Notes: generated by a model from the sequence alone, not told the origin. 54,327 nt of DNA from Verrucomicrobiota bacterium (GCA_039798785.1 JBDKFG010000057.1:1-54327), one strand, 5' to 3'; shown: positions 38,496 to 47,457, numbered from the stretch's first letter. Made by a program: numbers and translations.

Positions 38496-39569
38496 TCATG
38501 GCTTTTTGTCGCTCGGAGCGACGGTTTTGGCTTTGATTTCGATGCCTTTGGCAAGAGTGGCGAACCAGTCGCGGCAGGCGGCGGAATCCTGGTAGGCCCA
38601 GGTGCCGTAGAGGCAGAGGACGCGGCCGTCGCCGGTCTCCCAGAAGTACAGTTCTTCGATTTTTTCCGGCAGTTTCTGCTGGGGATTCTTGGTGGCGGCG
38701 ATGCGTTTGCCGGCGAGGACGGCGCCGCCGGCGGCTTCGATCTTGGAATCGCGGAAGACGTCCTTGTCGAGGATCCAGCCGTCGGCGCGGTTGTTTTCGA
38801 CGAAGGCGGCGGTGATGTCGCGGCGGATCTCGTCGAGCTTGCCTTTGGGGTAGACATGGACCATGAAGTGGGCGGAGAGCGCGCCCTTGAGAGTGTAGAC
38901 GGTGCAGGAGGGGTCTCGGCTGAGGCGGAGATCGAGCTCGCGCGGCCAGCTGAGGCGGAGGTCGGCGTCCTCATGGTGCTGGAAGAGGTTCTGGACCACC
39001 TGGGCCTTGACCTTGCGGCCGTCGGCCAGGGTGAGCTCGAGGTTCTCGCCGAGGTTGAAGGGGGTTTCCTTGCCGTCGATGAGCAGGGTGAAGTTCTTGC
39101 GGTTGGCCTTCTCCTCCTTGCGCAGGCGGTCGAGGGTGAGGGTGACGATGAAGCTCGGATCGATTTTCCACTCGCCGCGCGGGGTCAGGCGGGCGAAGAT
39201 GGGGAATGAGAAATCGTGGAGGCGGAGAGTGGCGATGCGCTTCTTGTCGGTGATCATCGTGTCTCTGACGACGAGTTCGGCGCCGCTAACGCGGAAGCTG
39301 TCGCCCGGGGCTAGCCATTTCACCGGTTCCTTTCGGATGGCGGCGATGGTGGCGGCGAGCTTTTCGGGGCTGGGAGGGCTGCCGGCCCAGAGACAGTCGA
39401 GCGAATCATGGAAGAGGCAGATGTCGCGCAGGGCCTTTTCGTCTTTGGCGGCGAGGGCGACGAGGAATCGTTTGACGGCGAATTCATCAGGCGGCAGATC
39501 CTTGTCGTCGGCGGCGTGGAGACCGCCGGTCAAGAACAGGAAGGCGAGCAGCAGGAGACGTGAGAGCAT
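38496..39569 (-). CDS. Secreted hypothetical protein
   Basis: Signal peptide MLSRLLLLAFLFLTGGLHA; genome-typical codon usage. Confidence 0.75.
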   Translation of the reverse strand: MLSRLLLLAFLFLTGGLHAADDKDLPPDEFAVKRFLVALAAKDEKALRDICLFHDSLDCLWAGSPPSPEKLAATIAAIRKEPVKWLAPGDSFRVSGAELVVRDTMITDKKRIATLRLHDFSFPIFARLTPRGEWKIDPSFIVTLTLDRLRKEEKANRKNFTLLIDGKETPFNLGENLELTLADGRKVKAQVVQNLFQHHEDADLRLSWPRELDLRLSRDPSCTVYTLKGALSAHFMVHVYPKGKLDEIRRDITAAFVENNRADGWILDKDVFRDSKIEAAGGAVLAGKRIAATKNPQQKLPEKIEELYFWETGDGRVLCLYGTWAYQDSAACRDWFATLAKGIEIKAKTVAPSDKKP

Positions 39570-39705
39570 GGATTCCTCCGGATTTTCCGCTCAAGATAGC
39601 ACCGCCTGGGAGTTTCCGGCGGCGCGACCGAGGTCTTCAGGGGACGGGCTCAGGGCGGCGACGGTGCCACTACCAGGAGGCCGAGCGGCGAGGAAGCAAG
39701 AAATC

Positions 39706-41019
39706 TCAGCGTATTTTCAAAGGCGCATCAGCATCACCCAGGATGATTTTCTGGGAGCGAGCAGAGAAATCAACAAACTCCAGGCTGGCGCCCCGCCCCT
39801 CATTGAGGCGTTGATAGGACATCGGCTTGCCATCGGCATCGAGATGCGACAAGCTGATGCCGCTGAGATCGACCGGGTAAAGCCCGTGAACTCGCTTCAC
39901 GCGCTCGATTTCGAGGGCGAGGCGGAACTGCGTCAGCTGCGAGATTTCAGTTTTGAGTTTGCCTCGAACACTGATCCAGTTCAACTCGCTTTGATCCCAG
40001 AGATAGCTATTCTTTCCGACCCAAGGACGTCCATCGATTTCTGCTTGAATATGATCGATAGCACGCAGGAAGTCGAGATCACCCCAAGCCGTGTAGCGAA
40101 AGAGTGAATCTTTGATCTGAGCTCCAAGACTTGCAGTCGTTCCCCAAGGGATGAATGGACTCTCACCGGAAGACTCAGAATCTTGGTTAAACGCAAATGT
40201 CCTTTCCGCGATACGGACATTCCGCTCCGACACCGGCCAGGGTTTCAGCTCCGCCGCCGCTTTTTGTAATTGCGCCAGTTCAGCATCGCTCAAGAGGGGC
40301 AGCTGCCGAGCCAGCTTCTGCGTCGCGATCCCGGTGATCGCGACTCGAACCAAGGAGTTGATCATGAGGTGGGGCGGCTCATCCAAGGGCAAAGGCGCCC
40401 TCAGCATCAATAGTCGGCAACGCTGGGCTTCCTCAGGTTTGCCGATGGCCAGCTGATACACGCTCAAGTCCGAGAGGAAATTGATCGTCTGACGGCAAGG
40501 GCCGAGTTTCGTAATCATCGGGATATGGTTTTTTGTGATGTAATCGAGTTTGAAGTGAAAATGAGGTTTTCGCAAAGCCGACTCGAAACGCTCAAGCAAG
40601 TCGGGATGAGCTTTCATCAAAGTCGCGAAGTTATCGACCTGCTTAGGGAATCCGTCGGTGCTCCAGGTTGAGAGTTTTCCTTGCAGCTCCGGCGACGGCA
40701 GGCCCAGACGCAGGCGAATGGCCGCAACATTGTCTTCCATGCGTTCGAAGCTGTGGAGATAACCTGCCTGGCGAAAGGCAGGCGTGCTGCCGATGTCCTG
40801 CCAGATCGTTTCGAGCAGGGGTCCGCCGTTGTCGTTTTCCGGAATCGCGGCAGGCTTGAGGTCGGCCATGGTTGTCGGCTCGCCGCGGGCCTTGAGATCG
40901 GCGATGCGTTGCTGCAGGGCCCAGCGCCAGGGCAGGCCGACGATGAAGACAAGGACAAGCACCGTCAGGAGGCTGAACGAGGCGAGGCTGATCAACACGG
41001 TGCGACGGGAGATGGGCAT
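39706..41019 (-). CDS. Membrane-anchored PVC-family protein, paralog 4
   Basis: Start MPISRRTV; 'ARGEPTTMADLKP..IPENDNGGPL', 'QRCRLLMLR', 'QFRLALEIE..KR.HG.YPVDL..D.DGKPMSY'. Confidence 0.8.
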   Translation of the reverse strand: MPISRRTVLISLASFSLLTVLVLVFIVGLPWRWALQQRIADLKARGEPTTMADLKPAAIPENDNGGPLLETIWQDIGSTPAFRQAGYLHSFERMEDNVAAIRLRLGLPSPELQGKLSTWSTDGFPKQVDNFATLMKAHPDLLERFESALRKPHFHFKLDYITKNHIPMITKLGPCRQTINFLSDLSVYQLAIGKPEEAQRCRLLMLRAPLPLDEPPHLMINSLVRVAITGIATQKLARQLPLLSDAELAQLQKAAAELKPWPVSERNVRIAERTFAFNQDSESSGESPFIPWGTTASLGAQIKDSLFRYTAWGDLDFLRAIDHIQAEIDGRPWVGKNSYLWDQSELNWISVRGKLKTEISQLTQFRLALEIERVKRVHGLYPVDLSGISLSHLDADGKPMSYQRLNEGRGASLEFVDFSARSQKIILGDADAPLKIR

Positions 41020-41094
41020 AAAAACTCCGGGATTGCACCAGTATAGCCCTGAGCGCACGGCGATAGCAAGTTTTTACCCGGAGTTGTGCTCGCC

Positions 41095-42531
41095 TCAGCT
41101 TGGCGGAGTCAGCACCCAGCCCTTCTTGATCTCTTCGTCGCGGAAGCGGGCGAAGATGGCGTCGAGCTCGGCGCGGGAGCGGGCGATGCGGACCTTGCGC
41201 GCCAGCGGCGTCGCCCGGCCGGGGCTGTAGTCGACGTAGCAGAAGACGAAGGGCGGGTAGGCCTCGTCGAGATCGCTCTTGCGGGTCTCCCAGGAGATCA
41301 GCTTGCGCACCGCGGTGAGGCCCTTGGTCACCTTGGTGTAAACCTCGCGCTGGAGGATGGCGCTGGCGCTGAGCTCGAGGGCGCGGGCGGGCTTCTCAAG
41401 GTTGTCGAGATCGACGAAATCGCGCAGTTGGGTCAGGCGCAAATCGTCGGGGCAGACGCTCTTGTCGTCGCGGAAGCGTTTGAACACCGGGCCGAGGGGA
41501 GCGACGAAGGCCTCGGGCAGTTGCGCCTGGTAGCCGCTGCCCGCCTGGTAGCGCAAGACCGCGGTGCTCATCGGCCGACCGGCGGAGTTTTCGGTGAGCA
41601 GGTCGTGGAAGACCATTTCGATGACGTGGCGCGGCTCGACCAGGGTGAAGAGGGTGTGATTGCGGTCGGCCTCCTGGTAATCTGAAGCGACGGCGTGCGG
41701 CGACAGGAGGCGGAAGAGCTCGCGGCGCTGGTCGTCATCGAAGCCGGTGCCGACCTTGGAAAAGACCTGGAAGGCGCCGTCGGGGCGCATCATGGCGCAG
41801 AGCAGAACCCGCACCGATCCGGGCTCGTCGGGACGCTCGGTGTAGCCGATGATGGCGACATCGACGCTATGGCGCGGCTTGATCTTGTAGATCATCGGCG
41901 AGCCGGCGGGGCAGGCGACCAGGCCTTCCTGGGCGGCGTCGACGACGAAGGAATTGTAGAGCTTGCCCATGCCGGCGCGGTCGAGGCTCTGCTGCTCGAT
42001 GAAGTGCAGGGAGCCGCTGGCGGGCAGGCGGCCGCGGAGGAATTCCTGGCTTTGTTCGAAGCTCCAGCGGCGTTCCTCGCCGCCTTCGCGGAGGACGGCG
42101 AAGGCACCGAAGCAAAGGCGCGAGGCCTTCTCCGCGCCGTCGGCGCCGAGGGCGGAAGTGACCTCGTAGACGCGGGAGCGCGGGCCGCTGCAGTAGAGCT
42201 CGCCGGCGAGGAGGAGCGGGCCTTTGCCGAAGGCTTTTGCGGCCTCCGCAAGCAAGGGCAGGCCGGCGATGACGCGTCCGGCGGGGTTGAAGAGGAAGGC
42301 GCCCTCGGCGTCGAGCCAGAGGAAGTGCAGCTGGCCGTCGATCTTGCCGGCGACGGCGAAGCGATCTTCGGGGAGGCTGCGGAGGTCGCCTTCGGAGAGC
42401 AGTTTGTAGCGCGAGGCGATGTTCTTCTTGAAGTCGCGGGCGGCGCCGAGCAGGTCGTTGTCGGTGAGGGCGCCGGGGCCGACGCGGAGGCCGGGGCTGA
42501 CTTCGTTCATCCGGGAGATTTCGTAGCGCAT
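41095..42531 (-). CDS. ATP-dependent DNA ligase-like protein (NTase + OB fold + C-terminal WGR-like domain)
   Basis: Motif I 'GKIDG', III 'LAGELY', IV 'QEGLV', V 'YKIKP'; OB fold 'DVAIIGY', 'KVGTGF', 'VEPRHVIE'; VI 'PVFKRFRDDK'; tail ends 'IFARFRDEEIKKGW'. Confidence 0.85.
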   Translation of the reverse strand: MRYEISRMNEVSPGLRVGPGALTDNDLLGAARDFKKNIASRYKLLSEGDLRSLPEDRFAVAGKIDGQLHFLWLDAEGAFLFNPAGRVIAGLPLLAEAAKAFGKGPLLLAGELYCSGPRSRVYEVTSALGADGAEKASRLCFGAFAVLREGGEERRWSFEQSQEFLRGRLPASGSLHFIEQQSLDRAGMGKLYNSFVVDAAQEGLVACPAGSPMIYKIKPRHSVDVAIIGYTERPDEPGSVRVLLCAMMRPDGAFQVFSKVGTGFDDDQRRELFRLLSPHAVASDYQEADRNHTLFTLVEPRHVIEMVFHDLLTENSAGRPMSTAVLRYQAGSGYQAQLPEAFVAPLGPVFKRFRDDKSVCPDDLRLTQLRDFVDLDNLEKPARALELSASAILQREVYTKVTKGLTAVRKLISWETRKSDLDEAYPPFVFCYVDYSPGRATPLARKVRIARSRAELDAIFARFRDEEIKKGWVLTPPS

Positions 42532-42535
42532 GGTC

Positions 42536-43240
42536 TCAGGATTCCTGGGCGGCGGCTTTGAGTTCGAGATTGGTCAGGTGGATGACCAGCCGGTATTTGT
42601 CGCCCTGGGTGCGGCCTTCGAGGAAGCCGCGGTAGGCGGTGCCGTTGCGGCTGAGGACGAGGGGGCGGTTGGACTTGTCGCCGGCGGCGAGATAGAGCAT
42701 CGACTGCTTCTCCTCCAGTTCCTTGGCCATGCCGTAGAGGAAGTCGTAGGTGAGGCCGTCGACGTGGCTGATGCGGTAGGCGGCGGCGAAGGCGAACTTG
42801 CGGCAGCATTCGGCCTTGGGCAGGAGCTTGCCGGACCACTTCAGCGGCTTGTCGCCGTTGATGTTGGCCTCGACGTCGAGGAAGTCGCGTTCCTCCTTGA
42901 TCGAGCCGTCGGCGAGGTGGACCACTTCCTTGAGCTTGACCCCGAAGGCCGGGCGGTTGTCGCTGTTCAGGTAGATCCGGCTGCTGCCCTGGATGTTCTT
43001 GCCAAAGAGCTCGAGGTCGATCTCGGGATCGCCCTTGACCAGGCGTTCGGAGAGCTCTTCCGGCGAGCAGTCGCGGGTGAGGGCCTGGAAATCGGTGGCG
43101 AGGGTGTTTTTGACCAGGCGGACGCTGATCACCGGCTTGCCCTCGGGGCCAATTTGAGTCAGGCGGGGCGGGACGGGGCGGTTTTCGAGGGCGACGCGGC
43201 TGTTGCGCTGGCGGCTGTCGGAGATGTTGATGGCTTTCAT
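42536..43240 (-). CDS. Hypothetical protein, putative divergent Ku-like protein B
   Basis: Real CDS by codon usage and its 4-bp gap to the ligase. The Ku-like pattern is by eye only. Confidence 0.55.
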   Translation of the reverse strand: MKAINISDSRQRNSRVALENRPVPPRLTQIGPEGKPVISVRLVKNTLATDFQALTRDCSPEELSERLVKGDPEIDLELFGKNIQGSSRIYLNSDNRPAFGVKLKEVVHLADGSIKEERDFLDVEANINGDKPLKWSGKLLPKAECCRKFAFAAAYRISHVDGLTYDFLYGMAKELEEKQSMLYLAAGDKSNRPLVLSRNGTAYRGFLEGRTQGDKYRLVIHLTNLELKAAAQES

Positions 43241-43262
43241 GATGCTAATCCTTGCGCATGAA

Positions 43263-43721
43263 TTATTTTTCGTGTTTTATACAAATATTTACCGCGACAT
43301 CATTATTCTCTTGCTTGACTAGGAAGATTTCATAACTGCAATCTTCTGATTTAATGTTAATCGTGCCGTCAGATTCATCGTAGCCTTCATTGATTTTGAG
43401 TTCAAAATGATTCTTTGTGCAAAATTCAGAGATTTTTTTATTAAATTCTTTGATGTCTACTTTCAATGTTATAGTGTATTCAAGAGAGTTTTCTCTGTAT
43501 TGAAGTATGGATGATTGGTCGCATGAGAAGTCAGATAAAATATATTGGATGACAATTGGATGGACCAGTGTGCAGCTAGAAGATTGCGGTATGCCAACTA
43601 CTAATCGATCTCCAAATCTATCCGGCTTTATTAGATTTATAACATGAATGTCTGCGAGTGTGTCTCTGGCGTATTCATTCGCGCAAGAAATTAGCATGAA
43701 TGGAATGATGAGATATTTCAT
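43263..43721 (-). CDS. AT-rich putative lipoprotein inserted in the operon
   Basis: MKYLIIPFMLIS-C lipobox-like start; strongly AT-rich; flanked by a 9-bp direct repeat. Confidence 0.7.
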   Translation of the reverse strand: MKYLIIPFMLISCANEYARDTLADIHVINLIKPDRFGDRLVVGIPQSSSCTLVHPIVIQYILSDFSCDQSSILQYRENSLEYTITLKVDIKEFNKKISEFCTKNHFELKINEGYDESDGTINIKSEDCSYEIFLVKQENNDVAVNICIKHEK

Positions 43722-43761
43722 GAATTACTCCGGTTCATTGATTGATGTTTTACCTTTCATT

Positions 43762-44361
43762 TCAGAACATCGAGAAGTCCATCGCGTCCTCTTCTTCATC
43801 GGCCTCGTCCTCGACCAGGGCGACGCTCTCGACCGGGCCGATGAAGTCGAAGCGGCAGGGCTCGGCGACGACCATGAAGAGCTCGCCCTCGTTCTCGACC
43901 AGGAAGGCCGGATCGGGGTTGAAGCTGGCGGTGTAGTTGAAGCTGAAGCTGAGGAAGCCCTCGCCGCCGCGGACGAGCTCGAGAAGAGCGGGCGTCGCCT
44001 GCAGTTGGTAGACCGATTTGACCACGTGATCGAGGTATTCGTCGCAGCTGACGCGCGGGCCCAGCTCGACCGGCTGGTTGAAGCTCGATTCGACCTTGTT
44101 CAAGACCTTGCCGTCGCGGCCGAGGGTCAACAGTTGCTCCTTCTCGAGCCAGGCGCCCTGGGCGTCGATGTAGCCGGTCTCGAAGCTTTCCTTGCCGAAG
44201 AGGTGGAGGCCGTCGGCGGAAACGCTGCCGAAGAAGCATTCCTTGCCGTCACGGTCGACGGCTTTTTTATCGACCCAGCCATAGAGCTTGGCGCGGTCGA
44301 GTTTCTCGATTTCAGCGGAGGCTTCGCCGCCGCTCCATTTGAATGACAGACTGCGGGCCAT
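43762..44361 (-). CDS. Hypothetical protein, putative divergent Ku-like protein A
   Basis: RBS GGAGGA before ATG 44361; Ku-core-like pattern by eye; acidic tail 'EDEADEEEDAMDFSMF'. Confidence 0.55.
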   Translation of the reverse strand: MARSLSFKWSGGEASAEIEKLDRAKLYGWVDKKAVDRDGKECFFGSVSADGLHLFGKESFETGYIDAQGAWLEKEQLLTLGRDGKVLNKVESSFNQPVELGPRVSCDEYLDHVVKSVYQLQATPALLELVRGGEGFLSFSFNYTASFNPDPAFLVENEGELFMVVAEPCRFDFIGPVESVALVEDEADEEEDAMDFSMF

Positions 44362-44526
44362 GATGTCCTCCGGGAAAAAGGGGTTCTGCCCATCGTACTG
44401 CCAAAAAGCCGGAGAGGCCAAATGAAAATCGGGAAAGTTTTTGCCAGCGCCGAAAAAATCTGTCGGTCGAGCGTTTATGTCACTGTGCCTCGAGAAAATG
44501 ACTCAAAACCCAACAGGAGATCCAAC

Positions 44527-44967
44527 ATGATCCGCGCCCTCATCCTTTGTTCAGTTTTCGCCGCCTTCAGCGCCCAAGCCCAGGAGCCGGCACCTGCTTC
44601 GCAGAAGCTCGAAGTCAAACCCGTCGACAAGGACGGCGACGGCAAGTTCAGCTTCGACGAATTCACCGACGGCCTCGACGAAGCCACCAAGACCGCGCTC
44701 AAGCCGATGTTCGAGAAGTTCGACACCGACAAGGACGGCTTCCTCACCATGGCCGAAATCCAGGCTCAGGGCAAGGCGGCGGGCGGCAAGCAGCTCGAGA
44801 TCAAGCCGGTCGACAAGGACGGCGACGGCAAGTTCAGCTTTGAGGAGTTCGCGGATGGCATCAGCGACGAATCTCTCAAGGGCGCCGCCAAACAAGCTTT
44901 CGACCAGCTCGACGCCGACAAGGACGGCTTCGTCACCATGGCCGAACTTCAGTCCCACAAGAAGTGA
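44527..44967 (+). CDS. Secreted EF-hand calcium-binding protein (4 EF-hands, internal duplication)
   Basis: Signal peptide; 'DKDGDGKFSFDEF', 'DTDKDGFLTMAE', 'DKDGDGKFSFEEF', 'DADKDGFVTMAE'; RBS AGGAG. Confidence 0.93.
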   Translation: MIRALILCSVFAAFSAQAQEPAPASQKLEVKPVDKDGDGKFSFDEFTDGLDEATKTALKPMFEKFDTDKDGFLTMAEIQAQGKAAGGKQLEIKPVDKDGDGKFSFEEFADGISDESLKGAAKQAFDQLDADKDGFVTMAELQSHKK

Positions 44968-44993
44968 TTCTGCGCCAAGCGCAAATTATGAAC

Positions 44994-45022
44994 AAGCGGC
45001 GGGAAGCGATCCCGCCGCTTTT
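44994..45022 (+). terminator. Terminator hairpin between convergent genes
   Basis: AAGCGGCGGGA-agcga-TCCCGCCGCTT-TT. Confidence 0.85.
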
Positions 45023-45042
45023 CCGTGCTGACGCCCGGGAAT

Positions 45043-45885
45043 TTAGACGCCGCGGCGGTAGGCGCTGGGGCTGACGCCGTGCCAGAGCTTGAAGGCGCGG
45101 GTGAAATGGCTCTGGTGCTGATAGCCGAGATCGGCGGCGATGCGGTGCAACTCCACCCGGCCGAAGGTCAGTCGCCGTGCCGCCTCTTCCATCCGGCAGC
45201 GCTGGATGAATTCCCGCGGTCCTTCGCCGGAAATCTCGGCGAACATCTCCCGCAGGCGAGATTCGGTGACGGCGCATGCGGCGGACATTTCAGTCAACCG
45301 CCAGTCCAGCCCCGGATGAGTACGGATCTGCTCGATTTGCGCCTGTACCCGTTGTCGCGACGACTCCTCACCGCCGAAGCTCGGCAAAAGGGCGCTGCGC
45401 CAAAGCCCGGTCAGCAGGGCGAAGCTGGCGGCGGCGGTCTCGCCGTTGTCATCGCCCCCTGCTCGCATCAAGCGCTGCAAGCTCTCGATCAAAACCCCTT
45501 CCAGAGGTGGCGCGACGATGTTTCTCACTTCACGCGGCCAGCGTTCATCGCCGCTGAAATCAAACCAGCGGAAGACCCAGTCACCGCCGTCGGCGCCGTA
45601 GCTCCACAGCTCGGCGAGAGGAAAGGCGACAAAACTTCCGGCACCTAGCTTAAGCTGCCGGCCGTCTTTCAAGGTGACTAGCCCGGCACCGCTGAGGGTT
45701 CGCACGATCACCCAGGAGTGGAACTTCTCGAGATGACGTTGGTAGGGCATGACCAAAGGGCGTTGCGGCCAATCGCGGAAATACGCTGCGGTCGCATCGA
45801 CATCCCATAAGGCGAAGAAGATCAGCTGGCGGGCTTTGACGCCTAAAGGGCGCCAGGCCGGGAGGTCTTTCCGGGTGTCGGACAT
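45043..45885 (-). CDS. AraC-family transcriptional regulator
   Basis: Cupin-like N-terminus; C-terminal 'RMEEAARRL...IAADLGYQHQSHFTRAFK.WHGVSPSAYR'. Confidence 0.93.
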   Translation of the reverse strand: MSDTRKDLPAWRPLGVKARQLIFFALWDVDATAAYFRDWPQRPLVMPYQRHLEKFHSWVIVRTLSGAGLVTLKDGRQLKLGAGSFVAFPLAELWSYGADGGDWVFRWFDFSGDERWPREVRNIVAPPLEGVLIESLQRLMRAGGDDNGETAAASFALLTGLWRSALLPSFGGEESSRQRVQAQIEQIRTHPGLDWRLTEMSAACAVTESRLREMFAEISGEGPREFIQRCRMEEAARRLTFGRVELHRIAADLGYQHQSHFTRAFKLWHGVSPSAYRRGV

Positions 45886-45890
45886 AATGT

Positions 45891-45916
45891 GGTAAACCTT
45901 ATTTGAAAATGGTAAA
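45891..45916. promoter_or_regulatory. Candidate AraC operator, copy 1
   Basis: GGTAAACCTTATTTGAAAATGGTAAA; 23/26 identical to 47543-47568. Confidence 0.65.
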
Positions 45917-46030
45917 GATAGTCCGCAATCTATTCAAAAATGAGCATGGGAAGAATTTCTGCAAGCCTGTATTCGGGTATTTGTATTTTTGTCGCCAAAG
46001 CAATTGAACCAAGAAACATCGAGGTGAGTG

Positions 46031-46759
46031 ATGAGTGGCTTGCAGATCATGGCGGGACTGTCTTTGCTCGGCGGTGGCGCGATCTATGTCCTCGGACGGC
46101 GGAAAGGCGCCGAGCCCAGAATGACTCTCATCAGTCTGGGGCTGCTCGGACTTGGGCTGATCATCGCCTTGGTCGCCGCCTGCCGGACGCCCGTGGACCG
46201 GGAGGGGGAGATGCTGGAGAGGATCAGCCGCTCGCAATGGGACTACCCGCTGGCGGAACTCGACCGGAAGATCGGCGGCGGCAGCGTCGCAGTCATCCTG
46301 CCGCCGGCGGGAGAACTCGGCTGCAGCATCGAAAGCCTGCAAACGCATGCTCCGAGCAGCCTGGTTTTAAAAGGGGTGCGGGCCGGAAGCGCCGGCCTCA
46401 GCGCAGAGCTGCTGCAATCACTCAAATCGCAAGGATTCGCCGCGATCATCTTGACCATCCCGCTACCTCGCGATGAGGAGGAGCGCGCGGCGCTGCTTGA
46501 GTCTCTCGCAGCGCAACCGCCAGGATTGCCGCTCCTTCTCACAAGTCAGGAAGCCGAAGATGCCGCCGACCTCGCTTCTTGCCACTCCTTGTGGCGCAGC
46601 GTTCAGCCGCGCCTGGAGAGCCCCGCCGCCGCTCCGCAGCCCTCGGCAGGACTGAAAGAGTGCTTCGATGCCGCCTACCTCCTGATCGAGGCTTCGGCCT
46701 GTCAATCCCGCCGCTCCGCCCATACCGTGTCTCACCCTGAATCCGGAGAAGACAAATGA
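46031..46759 (+). CDS. Hypothetical membrane protein
   Basis: Two N-terminal TM segments; RBS GAGGTG; ATGA overlap with the prepilin gene. Confidence 0.65.
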   Translation: MSGLQIMAGLSLLGGGAIYVLGRRKGAEPRMTLISLGLLGLGLIIALVAACRTPVDREGEMLERISRSQWDYPLAELDRKIGGGSVAVILPPAGELGCSIESLQTHAPSSLVLKGVRAGSAGLSAELLQSLKSQGFAAIILTIPLPRDEEERAALLESLAAQPPGLPLLLTSQEAEDAADLASCHSLWRSVQPRLESPAAAPQPSAGLKECFDAAYLLIEASACQSRRSAHTVSHPESGEDK

Positions 46760-47457
46760 AGAAGTCCTTTACCCTGATAGAATTGCTGGTGGTGGTGGCG
46801 ATTATCGGCATCCTCGCCTCGATGCTGCTCCCCGCTCTCAGCCAGGCCAAGGGCCAGGGCCAGGTCGCCCTGTGCACCAACAACCTCCGCCAGATCGGCT
46901 TTTGGACCAATCTCTACAACGACGATAACGACGGCTTCGCCCCGCCCGCCTGGGTCGGCAACGTCACCTGGGACGACCTCCTGTCCAAGTACGACGGGCG
47001 CAAACTCGATGACGCCGCGATGGCCTTGAACGCCCTGCCCGTAAACAACATGACCAAGAGCTACCGCTGCAGCCTCGACAAACGCGGCGACACCTATCGG
47101 ACTTACGCCATGAACCGCTACTTCATGGATAGCGGCGTCTCTCTCGACAACCTGCAGAATCCCTCGGGGCAGATCGTCATCACGGAACGCTACAAGGCCT
47201 GGAACGGCACGGACGGCGTGATGGGCGCCCGCAATGAGGCTGAGCAGTTCTACGCCAATAACGTCGACTGCCCGGCCAACACCTCCAACGCCTGGTGGTA
47301 CGGCCCGCGCCAGACATCCAACACCGCCAACTGGGAGGCGTCCAATCACCCCAAGCGACAGGAACTGCCCTGGCTCCTCGCCGACACCCATGTCGAGCTG
47401 CGCCACCGCCTCTATTTCACCAACACAGCCCTCGGCGGAGCCTATCGTACGCAGTGA
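46756..47457 (+). CDS. Prepilin-type N-terminal cleavage/methylation protein (PVC DUF1559-like)
   Basis: 'MKKSFTLIELLVVVAIIGILASMLLPALSQAK', 'CTNNLRQIG', C-terminal 'H....WLLADTHV'. Confidence 0.92.
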   Translation: MKKSFTLIELLVVVAIIGILASMLLPALSQAKGQGQVALCTNNLRQIGFWTNLYNDDNDGFAPPAWVGNVTWDDLLSKYDGRKLDDAAMALNALPVNNMTKSYRCSLDKRGDTYRTYAMNRYFMDSGVSLDNLQNPSGQIVITERYKAWNGTDGVMGARNEAEQFYANNVDCPANTSNAWWYGPRQTSNTANWEASNHPKRQELPWLLADTHVELRHRLYFTNTALGGAYRTQ

